Below are positions 46,789 through 55,578 of a stretch of 56,958 nt of DNA, piece by piece. Made by a program: the position numbers and the translations under genes. The DNA lies in assembly GCA_027355945.1 (NCBI GenBank), contig DAIEHA010000006.1, forward strand, positions 1 through 56,958, written 5' to 3'. Each line of letters starts with the position of its first letter. Position 1 is the first letter of the stretch. Source of the DNA: Candidatus Parcubacteria bacterium (lineage in GTDB: Bacteria; Patescibacteriota; Minisyncoccia; UBA6257; 2-01-FULL-56-20). The notes below the pieces were generated by a model. That model saw nothing but the letters and a program-made list of their open reading frames with translations, did no database searches and had not been told where the DNA came from.

Positions 46789-46960
46789 TGTTATTTTGGG
46801 TTATTTCTCCGTTTCGGCCTTTCTTAAGTGATATACCCTTTCTGGCATTCTTGTCAAAATTATCGAAAAATAGGCCTATATATCCCTATTCCAGCACGGT
46901 TCCCTTTTTGCGTTGCCCGATAGCAATGGAAAAGCCCCGTGCGGGTGCAGGGGGTTTTGA

Positions 46961-47185
46961 TCATAGATGCCCATCGAAATGGAGGCCCTCGAGCATCTCT
47001 TTCCGGTTCATCTCGAGAAAGTATGCCGATTCGGTGGCGATGAGCATGATCCGTTCCGCAGATTCGAAGACCAACTTTCCCGGAACGGTGTGTGCGTGCT
47101 TCGATGCATCGATGAGCGTCCGGCTGATCGCCTCTATCGCGTTAAGCCGTTCCTTCTTGTTCCATTCCGTACTTGGATTTTTCAT
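46961..47185 (-). CDS. Small hypothetical protein (74 aa)
   Basis: AAAGGAG upstream of the ATG; extended -10 TGgTAGATT further upstream; fills the intergenic space. Confidence 0.5.
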   Translation of the reverse strand: MKNPSTEWNKKERLNAIEAISRTLIDASKHAHTVPGKLVFESAERIMLIATESAYFLEMNRKEMLEGLHFDGHL

Positions 47186-47328
47186 GACCCGCTCCTTTCC
47201 GGCGGTTCCCGGTTTTCAGGCGAAGGACGTTCTTAGGGAAATCTACCATGCGCGCGGAAACAGGGTCAATCAGACCCTTATCCATACGTGCACAGTGCGG
47301 CAAAATTTCCCGGTGATATAATAGAGCC

Positions 47329-48495
47329 ATGGAGAAGAACGATAAAAAAATGATGGCGGTGGTGCGCGGTGCGGGGATCGCAGCGGTGTTCGTTGTTGCC
47401 GCGTCCTTTGCGGTGCCGACGGTCCGTGCGGCGTATTTCGGTACGGGGAGGAACGTCACCCTCGATGCCCCGGCGGTGGTCGATCAGAACGTCTATGCGG
47501 CGGGCACCGACGTCTCGGTGTCGGCCCCGGTAACGGGGGATGTGTTTGCGGCGGGCGATGTCGTCTATATCTCAAGCAGGGTAACGGGCGATATCATGGC
47601 ACTTGGCAGTACGGTGATGATCCAAGGTGCGGAGGCGCAGGACGTCCGTGTGGCCGCGGCAAATCTTACCGTCGGCGGCGCGTTCAGCGGGGAACTCCTT
47701 GCCGCCGGCGCATCGGTGACGGTCACTCCGGGTACCACGATCGCGAAGGATTCCTATATTGCCGCGAGCGATCTTTCGTTCGACGGTGATGCATCGGGCA
47801 CTTTGTATGTGATGGGCGGCACCGTATATTTTGACGGCACGACCCGGGGGAATCTCGTGATCAAGAATGCAAAGGAGGTTACGATAGGTCCCGATGCGAT
47901 GATCGGCGGGAATCTCGAATATACCGCCCCGCGCGCCGCCTCGATCGCGCAACGCGCCCGTATCGGAGGGACTACGCTGTTCCATCAGGCGCAGACACGC
48001 GATGCGCACAATGCATGGGCGCCTTTCCTCGCGATCCTCACGCTTTGGTGGCTCGTGAAACTCGCCATCATCCTCGCGGGCGCCTATCTTCTCTGGTATG
48101 CGTTCAAGAAGGATGTGACATCCATCGCGTCCCGTGTCGTGAATGGATTCTGGAAGGAGCTCCTTCGCGGGTTCCTCGTCGCGGTCGCGCTCCCCATCGC
48201 CTCGGTGATCGCCATCTTCACCGTCATTGGCGCATTGCCTGGCGTCGTGGCGCTCTTTGCCTATGCGGCGGTCATGATAGCCGCGGTGCCTATGGCCGGG
48301 ATCGTGAGCGCCACCATCATCTGGTCGCGGCGCAAGGAGGCCCTTCGCTGGTATCATATCCTTCTCGGTACCATTGCCCTTCCTATCGTGGCACTCGTGC
48401 CGTTCGTCGGATGGATCGTGGCATGCGCGGTCTATCTCGCATCCTTCGGCGCCCTTACGCTATTCCTCTCGGAGAGGATCATGAAACGATCATAG
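47329..48495 (+). CDS. Exported beta-solenoid (polymer-forming/bactofilin-like repeat) protein with C-terminal multi-TM domain
   Basis: Repeats NVYAAG.DV.V...V.GDVFAAG, GDIMALG, GELLAAG; about five C-terminal TMs. Confidence 0.7.
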   Translation: MEKNDKKMMAVVRGAGIAAVFVVAASFAVPTVRAAYFGTGRNVTLDAPAVVDQNVYAAGTDVSVSAPVTGDVFAAGDVVYISSRVTGDIMALGSTVMIQGAEAQDVRVAAANLTVGGAFSGELLAAGASVTVTPGTTIAKDSYIAASDLSFDGDASGTLYVMGGTVYFDGTTRGNLVIKNAKEVTIGPDAMIGGNLEYTAPRAASIAQRARIGGTTLFHQAQTRDAHNAWAPFLAILTLWWLVKLAIILAGAYLLWYAFKKDVTSIASRVVNGFWKELLRGFLVAVALPIASVIAIFTVIGALPGVVALFAYAAVMIAAVPMAGIVSATIIWSRRKEALRWYHILLGTIALPIVALVPFVGWIVACAVYLASFGALTLFLSERIMKRS

Positions 48496-48571
48496 GGGAT
48501 GATGAACCTCGGCGGCCGCGCGACCGCCCCCTCGGAGATCGTTCGTAAATAAAAAAAACCTTCATAGAGCA

Positions 48572-49147
48572 ATGGACCAGCTTCATATCGACAAAGAGAG
48601 GACCGCGCTTGTGGTCATAGATCTGCAGAAGGGCATCACCAGGATGCCGGCAGCTCCGCATGCCGCGGCAGACGTCATCGCAAATGCATCGTCGATCGCA
48701 AACGCATTCCGGGCCGCAGGCATGCCGGTGTTCCTTGTGCACGTCACCCCTTCCGCGGACGGGAAGGACGGTCTCCGTCCCGCGATCGACGCAGAATCCA
48801 TGAACTTCTCCCGTGCCGCCGATTGGGCCGAATTTGTGCCGGAAATGGGTCCGAAGGAGGGAGATTTTGTCATCACGAAGCGGCAATGGGGTGCATTCTA
48901 TGGCACCGAGCTCGATCTCCAGCTCCGCAGGCGGGGCATACGGACGATCGTGCTGTGCGGCATATCGACGAACATCGGCGTGGAAAGCACCGCGCGATTC
49001 GCGTATGAATATGGGTACGATCAGATCTTCGTCGAGGATGCCTCCTCGGCTCGGTCCGAGGAGGAGCATCTGCATGCGATGAAGGGCATCTTCACCCACC
49101 TGGGTCGCGTGCGCTCCACGAAGGATATACTTGCGGCATTCGGCTGA
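48572..49147 (+). CDS. Isochorismatase-family hydrolase (YecD-like)
   Basis: TALVVIDLQKGI, KRQWGAFYGTELDLQLRRRGI, GISTNIGVESTAR. Confidence 0.9.
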   Translation: MDQLHIDKERTALVVIDLQKGITRMPAAPHAAADVIANASSIANAFRAAGMPVFLVHVTPSADGKDGLRPAIDAESMNFSRAADWAEFVPEMGPKEGDFVITKRQWGAFYGTELDLQLRRRGIRTIVLCGISTNIGVESTARFAYEYGYDQIFVEDASSARSEEEHLHAMKGIFTHLGRVRSTKDILAAFG

Positions 49148-49180
49148 TACCCATCATCAATCCTCACCTCTTCCAATATC

Positions 49181-51748
49181 ATGTCCGATGCCCCGGAAGT
49201 CACGTGTGAAGCCCTTGCCGTTCTCGATGGCGAGGGCATATTCCGTTCCCTCGGCACGGGCGCGAACGGGCTTTCTCCCGCGGAAGCTGCCGTGCGCCTC
49301 CGCAATTACGGTCCGAATGAATTTGCTGAACGCAAGAAGATAGGACCCTTCCTCATATTCCTTTCCAAATTCAGGAATCCTCTCCAGATCCTTCTCATCG
49401 TTGCGGCGCTCATCACATTCTCGCTTGGATCGCATATCGAGGCCATCATCATTCTTGCGATCGTCTTCGGCAGCGCATTCATCGATTTCCTGAATACCTA
49501 CCGTTCCGCGCAGGCAGCGGAGGCGCTTCGCGAACAGGTGAAGATCACCGCGGCAGTGATGCGAGGAGGCGAACTCAAGGAGCGTGCGATGCAGGACGTG
49601 GTTCCCGGGGACGTCTTCAGCCTTGAGGCGGGGGACCTCGTCCCTGCGGATGGGATCCTTTTCCAGGCCAAGGACCTTTTCCTCAACGAGAGCATGCTTA
49701 CCGGGGAATCCGCCCCCGTCGAGAAGTTCGCGGAACCTCTCCGCGGTGCGGCGGCAAAGGACGGAGGCGTTCGCGCGGTGTTCCTCGGTACGAGCGTGGT
49801 GAGCGGCAAGGGCATGGCCGTTGCGGCCGCTACCGGTGCGCGCACCAAGGTGGGCGCGATCGCCGGACGCCTCGTGAAGCCCGATGAGCCGACCGAGTTC
49901 GAAAGGAACCTGAAGGATTTCAGCATGTTCATCTTCAGGACCACGATCATGCTCGTGCTCGCGGTCATCCTCCTCGATTACATCTTCCTCCGCAATGATC
50001 CGCTTCAGATATTCCTTTTCGCCGTCGCGATCGCGGTCGGGATCACCCCCGAGCTCCTCCCGCTCATCGTGACGAGCAACCTTGCGAAGGGCGCCATCCG
50101 CATGGCGGAAGGAGGCGTCATCGTGAAACGTCTCGGAGCCATTCATAATTTCGGAAGCGTCGATGTGCTCTGCACCGACAAGACGGGTACGCTCACCGAG
50201 GATAGGATCTCGCTCGTGAAATGCCTCGATCCCTTCGGCAAGGACAGCGAGGATACCCTTTTCTGGGGATATGTGAGCAGCACGAATCTTACCGGCGTGC
50301 GCGGCGTGCTTGATCGCGCCATCGAAGAGTTCAAAGGAGCGGCGGCGGAAGCGAAGGATGCGGCTTCCTGGAAGAAACTCGATGAGGTGCCGTTCGATGC
50401 GGAACGGCGCATCGAATCGGTGGTGGTGGGGAAAGGAACCAAGGCGGTCCTTATCGCAAAAGGGGCTCCCGAGGGGATATTGAAAGCAGCCTCCCATTAC
50501 GGCACCCCCGAGCATGCGAAACGGCTTGTTGCGGCGAGCCGCACGAAGATCGTCGCGGCATACGATGCGCTTTCGGCGGAAGGGTTTCGCGTGCTTGCCG
50601 TGGGCGTGCGGGACGTACCCCACAAGGGGTCGTACGGCAAAGAGGATGAGCATGATCTTGCGTTCCTTGGATTCCTTGCATTCCTCGATCCTCCGAAGAA
50701 GACGGTGAAGGAGACGCTCGAGCGCATGGCGGCCCATAACGTGGACATCAAGATCATCACCGGGGACAATTTCCTCGTCACGAAGCATATCGCCGAGGAG
50801 ATCGGGCTTGTGGTGCGGGACCCTCTCACCGGCGATGACCTCGCTGCGCTCGATGAACATCATCTCGCGAAGCGCGTCGAGACGACGAATGTGTTCACTC
50901 GCGTCAATCCCGAGCAGAAGGAGCTCATCCTCCGCGCCCTTCGCACGAATGGCCATGTCGTCGCCTATATGGGCGACGGCGTGAACGACGTCCTTTCCCT
51001 CAAAGAGGCCGATGTGAGCATCTCGGTGAACAACGCCGTCGATATCGCGAAGGAGACCGCCGACATCATCCTTCTTAAAAAAGGGCTCGGCGAGATCATT
51101 GATGGCATCGTAGAAGGGAGGAAAACCTTCGCAAACACCTTCAAATACCTCATGATGGCGCTTTCGTCGAACTTCGGCAACATGTTCAGCATGCCGATCG
51201 CCTCCCTTTTTCTGCCGTTTCTTCCCATGACCGCACCGCAGATTCTCCTCAATAACTTCCTTTACGACGCATCGCAGCTCGCGATCCCGTTCGATAACGT
51301 CGATCCGGATTTTCTTGCGCGCCCAAAGCGCTTTGATATCGTTTTCATGAAGAAGTTCATGTTGATATTCGGACCCCTCTCATCCGTCTTCGATTTTCTC
51401 ACCTTTGCGGGAATGCTGCTCGTATTCCGCTTCTCCGGAGGGGCGTTCCAGACAGGGTGGTTCCTTGAATCCATCGCGACGCAGACGCTCGTCGTGAACA
51501 TCGTGAGGAGCAGGTTCAATTTCTGGGCCAATGGAGGACCGAGCAAGGCCCTTCTTGGAGCGTCGTTCGGTGCTGTGGTGGTCGCATGGCTCATCGCCTT
51601 TTCGCCGCTCGGACCGGCGTTTGGATTTTCCCGGCTTGGCATCCCCGTGCTCGGGCTCATTCTCGTCATTGTGGCCGTATATCTCGTCACCGTCGAGATC
51701 GCAAAGAAGTACTTCTATCGCCGGTATGGCGGATTGATCGAAAAGTGA
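49181..51748 (+). CDS. mgtA: Mg2+-translocating P-type ATPase (P3B)
   Basis: LTGES, GITPELLP, DKTGTLT, MGDGVND, SSNFGNMFS, QILLNNFLYD. Confidence 0.92.
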   Translation: MSDAPEVTCEALAVLDGEGIFRSLGTGANGLSPAEAAVRLRNYGPNEFAERKKIGPFLIFLSKFRNPLQILLIVAALITFSLGSHIEAIIILAIVFGSAFIDFLNTYRSAQAAEALREQVKITAAVMRGGELKERAMQDVVPGDVFSLEAGDLVPADGILFQAKDLFLNESMLTGESAPVEKFAEPLRGAAAKDGGVRAVFLGTSVVSGKGMAVAAATGARTKVGAIAGRLVKPDEPTEFERNLKDFSMFIFRTTIMLVLAVILLDYIFLRNDPLQIFLFAVAIAVGITPELLPLIVTSNLAKGAIRMAEGGVIVKRLGAIHNFGSVDVLCTDKTGTLTEDRISLVKCLDPFGKDSEDTLFWGYVSSTNLTGVRGVLDRAIEEFKGAAAEAKDAASWKKLDEVPFDAERRIESVVVGKGTKAVLIAKGAPEGILKAASHYGTPEHAKRLVAASRTKIVAAYDALSAEGFRVLAVGVRDVPHKGSYGKEDEHDLAFLGFLAFLDPPKKTVKETLERMAAHNVDIKIITGDNFLVTKHIAEEIGLVVRDPLTGDDLAALDEHHLAKRVETTNVFTRVNPEQKELILRALRTNGHVVAYMGDGVNDVLSLKEADVSISVNNAVDIAKETADIILLKKGLGEIIDGIVEGRKTFANTFKYLMMALSSNFGNMFSMPIASLFLPFLPMTAPQILLNNFLYDASQLAIPFDNVDPDFLARPKRFDIVFMKKFMLIFGPLSSVFDFLTFAGMLLVFRFSGGAFQTGWFLESIATQTLVVNIVRSRFNFWANGGPSKALLGASFGAVVVAWLIAFSPLGPAFGFSRLGIPVLGLILVIVAVYLVTVEIAKKYFYRRYGGLIEK

Positions 51749-51761
51749 CCTTGCGGGATCG

Positions 51762-52655
51762 TCAACGATTGATGAACCATATCCCGCCGAGTACGAGCGC
51801 GAGCGATGCGATCTTGAGGAATAGCGTGTTCCGCGAAAGGTCTTCGCGAAGGATCTTGGGCAGCCAGAGCGAGATAGCGGTTCCATAGAGGAACACGAAA
51901 AGGGGAATAAGCCCTCCCATCGCCGATACGAGAGATACCGGACCGAGCGCGATGGCGTAGAACCAGAATATCTGTCCCAGGAAATAGACCACCTCGTTCG
52001 CGCCGACCATGGCCCAGGTTCCTGCGCGCAGTGCGCCGAATTGCGCGACGCTGCGGCGGTACGATGCGGCGAAAAGGATGAACGCACCCGTAGCGATGCC
52101 GAGGAGGGTATAGGCGGCCGTGTCCCAGAATCCCCGATCCATCGCCACCGATTTGAAGAGCACGGCGGGAACCGCCCAGAGCACGCTCGTGAGCGCCACC
52201 CATGAGAGCGATCTTCTCGGACGGAACATCCCTGCATCGATCCTTTCCACGGCGAGAAGGAAGCTTCCTGCGAGGATGAGGATGAATGCAGCGATTTGAC
52301 GCAGATCGAGCGCTTCATGGAGGAAGAGGTAGGAGAATGCCAGTACGATCACCGGCACAAGCTGGAAGAACGGCATGATCCTCGATGCATCATCATAGGA
52401 AAGGGCTTTATAGTAGGGGACGAGCGCGATCTCGTCCATGATGCCTATCGCGATCAGCACGGCGATCTGTCCCCCGGGAAGCGTGCCGAACCCTCGTACG
52501 GTGAATATGGCGGCGGCGCCTGCGAGCACGATGAACCCCCCGAACGCGGTCAAAAAAACGGGGTCTTTGACCCTTTTGTCGATGAGGAACTTATCGATGA
52601 TGGTCGATGCGCCGAAAAGCGCCGGGGAAACGAGTGCGAATACCAGCCAAGGCAT
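51762..52655 (-). CDS. EamA/DMT-family transporter
   Basis: Two repeats of five TMs; YKALSYDDASRIMP; AIALGPVSLVSAM. Confidence 0.85.
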   Translation of the reverse strand: MPWLVFALVSPALFGASTIIDKFLIDKRVKDPVFLTAFGGFIVLAGAAAIFTVRGFGTLPGGQIAVLIAIGIMDEIALVPYYKALSYDDASRIMPFFQLVPVIVLAFSYLFLHEALDLRQIAAFILILAGSFLLAVERIDAGMFRPRRSLSWVALTSVLWAVPAVLFKSVAMDRGFWDTAAYTLLGIATGAFILFAASYRRSVAQFGALRAGTWAMVGANEVVYFLGQIFWFYAIALGPVSLVSAMGGLIPLFVFLYGTAISLWLPKILREDLSRNTLFLKIASLALVLGGIWFINR

Positions 52656-52667
52656 GGGCGGGAGCCG

Positions 52668-53165
52668 TTATGCGCTGGCGTGCCGCGCCTCCTCTTCCTT
52701 CTTCCGCTCGATGCGTTCCGCGATGCTCACCGTTCTCAGGAAGTAAAGGATCACCGCGAGAATGACCGTTGCGGTACCTGCGAACCATGGGAGTCCTATG
52801 CCGACAAGCGTTCCGATCGCCGCCGCGGACCATATGAGGGCGGCCGTCGTCACGCCGCGCGGATGGTCGTTCATTTTCATGATGATCCCGGCACCGAGGA
52901 ATCCCACGCCGACCACGATGTTCGCGATCACGGTAAGGAATCCGCTGTTTCGTGCGATGACGTCCGCAAGGTTGCCCGTTCCCGCGGAGACGATGTAGGG
53001 GAGCGAGAGGCCGATCATGGCGAAGATGGCTGCGCCGGACGTCACGAGGCTCAAGGTGCGGATGCCCGCCTCCTCTTTGCCGACAAGCTCGCGTTCGAGC
53101 CCAAGGATCGCCCCGAGGATGAGCGCGATGAGGAACCGTCCAAGCATTTGTTCAAACGTCAACAT
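52668..53165 (-). CDS. mgtC: MgtC/SapB-family protein (short, TM domain only)
   Basis: LGAILGLERE...AGIRT; IANIVVGVGFLGAGII; GVTTAALIWSAAAIG; 165 aa from ATG 53165. Confidence 0.9.
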   Translation of the reverse strand: MLTFEQMLGRFLIALILGAILGLERELVGKEEAGIRTLSLVTSGAAIFAMIGLSLPYIVSAGTGNLADVIARNSGFLTVIANIVVGVGFLGAGIIMKMNDHPRGVTTAALIWSAAAIGTLVGIGLPWFAGTATVILAVILYFLRTVSIAERIERKKEEEARHASA

Positions 53166-53189
53166 TGTATTAATATTACCATAACATAT

Positions 53190-54587
53190 ATGGATACGAG
53201 AACGAACATTGCGGATATCGTCGGAAAGGAGGGCCAGGATGTGACCGTCTTCGGATGGGTTCATGCTCGCAGGGACCACGGTAAGCTTATTTTCATCGAT
53301 CTGCGCGATCGGAGCGGCCTCGTGCAGGTGGTGTTCGGTCCCAAGATAGCCGGGGCATCGGATCTCCGTCTTGAGTATGTCGTGAAGGTGACGGGTACGG
53401 TGAACCGGCGTCCGGAGAATATGGTGAACGACAAGATCCCGACGGGTCATCATGAGATCTTTGCGAGCGGCCTTGAGGTTCTCAATGCCTCGAAGGAGAT
53501 GCCGATCCCGGTGGATACCGATGGGTACGATATCCATGAGGAGCGGCGCCTCAAATACCGCTATCTCGATCTTCGGCGGGAGCGTCTTGCGAAGAACCTC
53601 GCATTCCGCCATGCGACGATCGCGTTCATCCGCAATTTCCTCAACGCGCGGGGATTCTACGAGGTGGAGACGCCGAACCTCACCCGCAGCACGCCGGAGG
53701 GTGCGCGTGACTATCTCGTTCCTTCCCGCATCCAACGGGGCAATTTCTACGCACTCCCGCAATCGCCTCAGCAGTACAAACAGCTGCTTATGGTGGCGGG
53801 TGTCGAGAAATATTTCCAGATCGCGCGATGTTTCCGCGATGAGGATACGCGGGGCGACCGTCAGCCGGAATTCACCCAGCTCGACATGGAGATGAGTTTC
53901 GTGGAAGAGGAGGACATCCTGCGCTTGAACGAGGAGCTCCTCATCGCGCTCGTAAAGGCGGTCGCACCGGAGAAGAAGATCCAGGAGGTCCCGTTCCCGC
54001 GCCTTACCTACAAGGAGGCGATGGAGACGCATGGTACCGATCGGCCCGACCTTCGCACCGATAAGAACGATCCGAACCTCCTTGCGTTCTGCTGGGTGAT
54101 CGATTTCCCGTTCTTCGAGAAGACCGACGCAGGCGGGTGGACCTTCACGCACAATCCGTTCTCCGCGCCGAAGCCGGAGTTCATGAACGACCTCCTCGCG
54201 AAGCAGAATGTGGGGGATATCCTCACCACGCAATACGATGTCGCGATGAACGGGCTTGAGATCGGCGGCGGGAGCATCCGCAACCATCGGCCGGAGGCGC
54301 TGGAAGCGGTGTTCGAGGTCATGGGCTTCGAAAAGGAGCGCATCCATAGGAATTTCGGTCATATGCTCGAGGCCCTCGGATATGGTGCGCCGCCTCATGG
54401 CGGTATCGCATGGGGACTCGATCGGCTCATCTCGCTCCTCCGCGCAGAGCCCAACATCAGGGAGGTGATCGCGTTTCCGAAGACGGGCGACGGCCGCGAT
54501 CCGATGATGGGATCGCCCGCAGAGGTGGACGAGGCGCAGTTGAAGGAACTGGGGATCGTGGTTGCAAAGACGGAACAAAAAAAATAA
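53190..54587 (+). CDS. aspS: Aspartyl-tRNA synthetase, short form without GAD insertion
   Basis: 465 aa; RRDHG.LIFIDLRD, RLKYRYLDLR, LPQSPQ, CFRDED.RGDRQPEFTQLD, EIGGGSIR, PPHGGIAWGLDR. Confidence 0.95.
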   Translation: MDTRTNIADIVGKEGQDVTVFGWVHARRDHGKLIFIDLRDRSGLVQVVFGPKIAGASDLRLEYVVKVTGTVNRRPENMVNDKIPTGHHEIFASGLEVLNASKEMPIPVDTDGYDIHEERRLKYRYLDLRRERLAKNLAFRHATIAFIRNFLNARGFYEVETPNLTRSTPEGARDYLVPSRIQRGNFYALPQSPQQYKQLLMVAGVEKYFQIARCFRDEDTRGDRQPEFTQLDMEMSFVEEEDILRLNEELLIALVKAVAPEKKIQEVPFPRLTYKEAMETHGTDRPDLRTDKNDPNLLAFCWVIDFPFFEKTDAGGWTFTHNPFSAPKPEFMNDLLAKQNVGDILTTQYDVAMNGLEIGGGSIRNHRPEALEAVFEVMGFEKERIHRNFGHMLEALGYGAPPHGGIAWGLDRLISLLRAEPNIREVIAFPKTGDGRDPMMGSPAEVDEAQLKELGIVVAKTEQKK

Positions 54588-54604
54588 AACAAATCATATC
54601 TATC

Positions 54605-55099
54605 ATGGAACGATCGCTCGTATTGCTCAAACCCGATGCATTGGATCGCGGGATCGTAGGGGAGATAATCCACCGTTTTGAAAGGACCGGCATCAAGATC
54701 GTCGGCATGAAAATGGTGCTGGCTTCTGCGGAGACCGCGCGAAAGCACTATACCGAGGACCTTGCTGAGCGGCGCGGAGAGGCGGTGCGCAATCTCATGA
54801 TCGAGATGATTTCATCAGGCCCGATCGTCGCGCTCGCGCTCGAAGGCGTGGAGGTGGTGGAGGTGGTCCGTAAGATGGTTGGTGCAACGGAGCCGAAGTC
54901 CGCCGCTCCCGGAACGATCCGTGGCGATTTCGCGCATGTGTCCTTCAAGCATGCGGATGAGCACAAGATGGGGGTTTTCAACCTCATCCACGCATCCGGA
55001 TCAAAGGAGGAGGGAGAGCAGGAGATCGCCGTCTGGTTCACGCCCGGGGAACTCGTCACTCACGCTCCTTCGTATACCCATATCACCCTTAAACAATAG
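54605..55099 (+). CDS. ndk: Nucleoside diphosphate kinase
   Basis: ERSLVLLKPDA..RGIVGEII.RFE, PGTIRGDF, NLIHAS. Confidence 0.95.
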   Translation: MERSLVLLKPDALDRGIVGEIIHRFERTGIKIVGMKMVLASAETARKHYTEDLAERRGEAVRNLMIEMISSGPIVALALEGVEVVEVVRKMVGATEPKSAAPGTIRGDFAHVSFKHADEHKMGVFNLIHASGSKEEGEQEIAVWFTPGELVTHAPSYTHITLKQ

Positions 55100-55104
55100 T
55101 TCCA

Positions 55105-55569
55105 ATGAGGGAAACCACCATCTGTTTCATCGTGAAGGACGGAAAGGTCCTTCTCGGGATGAAGAAACGGGGTTTCGGCTCGAGAAAATGGAACGGTTTC
55201 GGCGGCAAACTTGCAGAAGGCGAGGACCCGCGCGCGGGAACGGTCAGGGAGATTGCCGAAGAGGCGGGTATCGCCGTAGATCCCCTCGGCCTTCGCGATG
55301 CGGGATCCCTCGTATTCACGTTCAAGGACAATCCTTCGTGGGACAATCATTGCCATGTGTTTATGGCCGATGCGTGGACAGGGGAACCGAAAGAAACGGA
55401 CGAAATGCGCCCTATGTGGCATTCCATCCATGAACTCCCCTTTGAAACCATGTGGATCGATGACCCGCACTGGGTGCCGCTCGTGCTGGCGGGGAAGCGC
55501 GTCGAGGGTCGCTTCTTCTTCGATGAATCCGGCGATGAACTTATCAATTTCGCTGTTTCGATGAAGTGA
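55105..55569 (+). CDS. NUDIX hydrolase (8-oxo-dGTPase, MutT/NUDT1-like)
   Basis: LLGMKKRGFG..KWNGFGGK; Nudix box GTVREIAEEAGI; ETDEMRPMW; MWIDD. Confidence 0.9.
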   Translation: MRETTICFIVKDGKVLLGMKKRGFGSRKWNGFGGKLAEGEDPRAGTVREIAEEAGIAVDPLGLRDAGSLVFTFKDNPSWDNHCHVFMADAWTGEPKETDEMRPMWHSIHELPFETMWIDDPHWVPLVLAGKRVEGRFFFDESGDELINFAVSMK

Positions 55570-55578
55570 GCCGGTAAG

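Noticed and set aside
49148-49180. Mg2+-sensing riboswitch or leader peptide upstream of mgtA
   Set aside because: Only 33 nt separate the genes, and no structured leader or Pro-rich mini-ORF is evident.
33834-50956. Other long antisense ORFs (33834-35225, 37774-39342, 42917-44482, 49157-50956 and similar)
   Set aside because: Each mirrors a well-supported gene on the other strand and is rich in R/H/D/L in the way expected of a shadow frame.
52296-54587. Long ORF-track entries spanning the mgtC/aspS junction (763 aa on +, 636 aa on -), suggesting fusions or overlapping genes
   Set aside because: They are codon-on-codon antisense shadows: TTA/CTA/TCA codons are rare in these GC-rich genes and the 24-bp spacer keeps frame. 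The extensions have no protein-like motifs.
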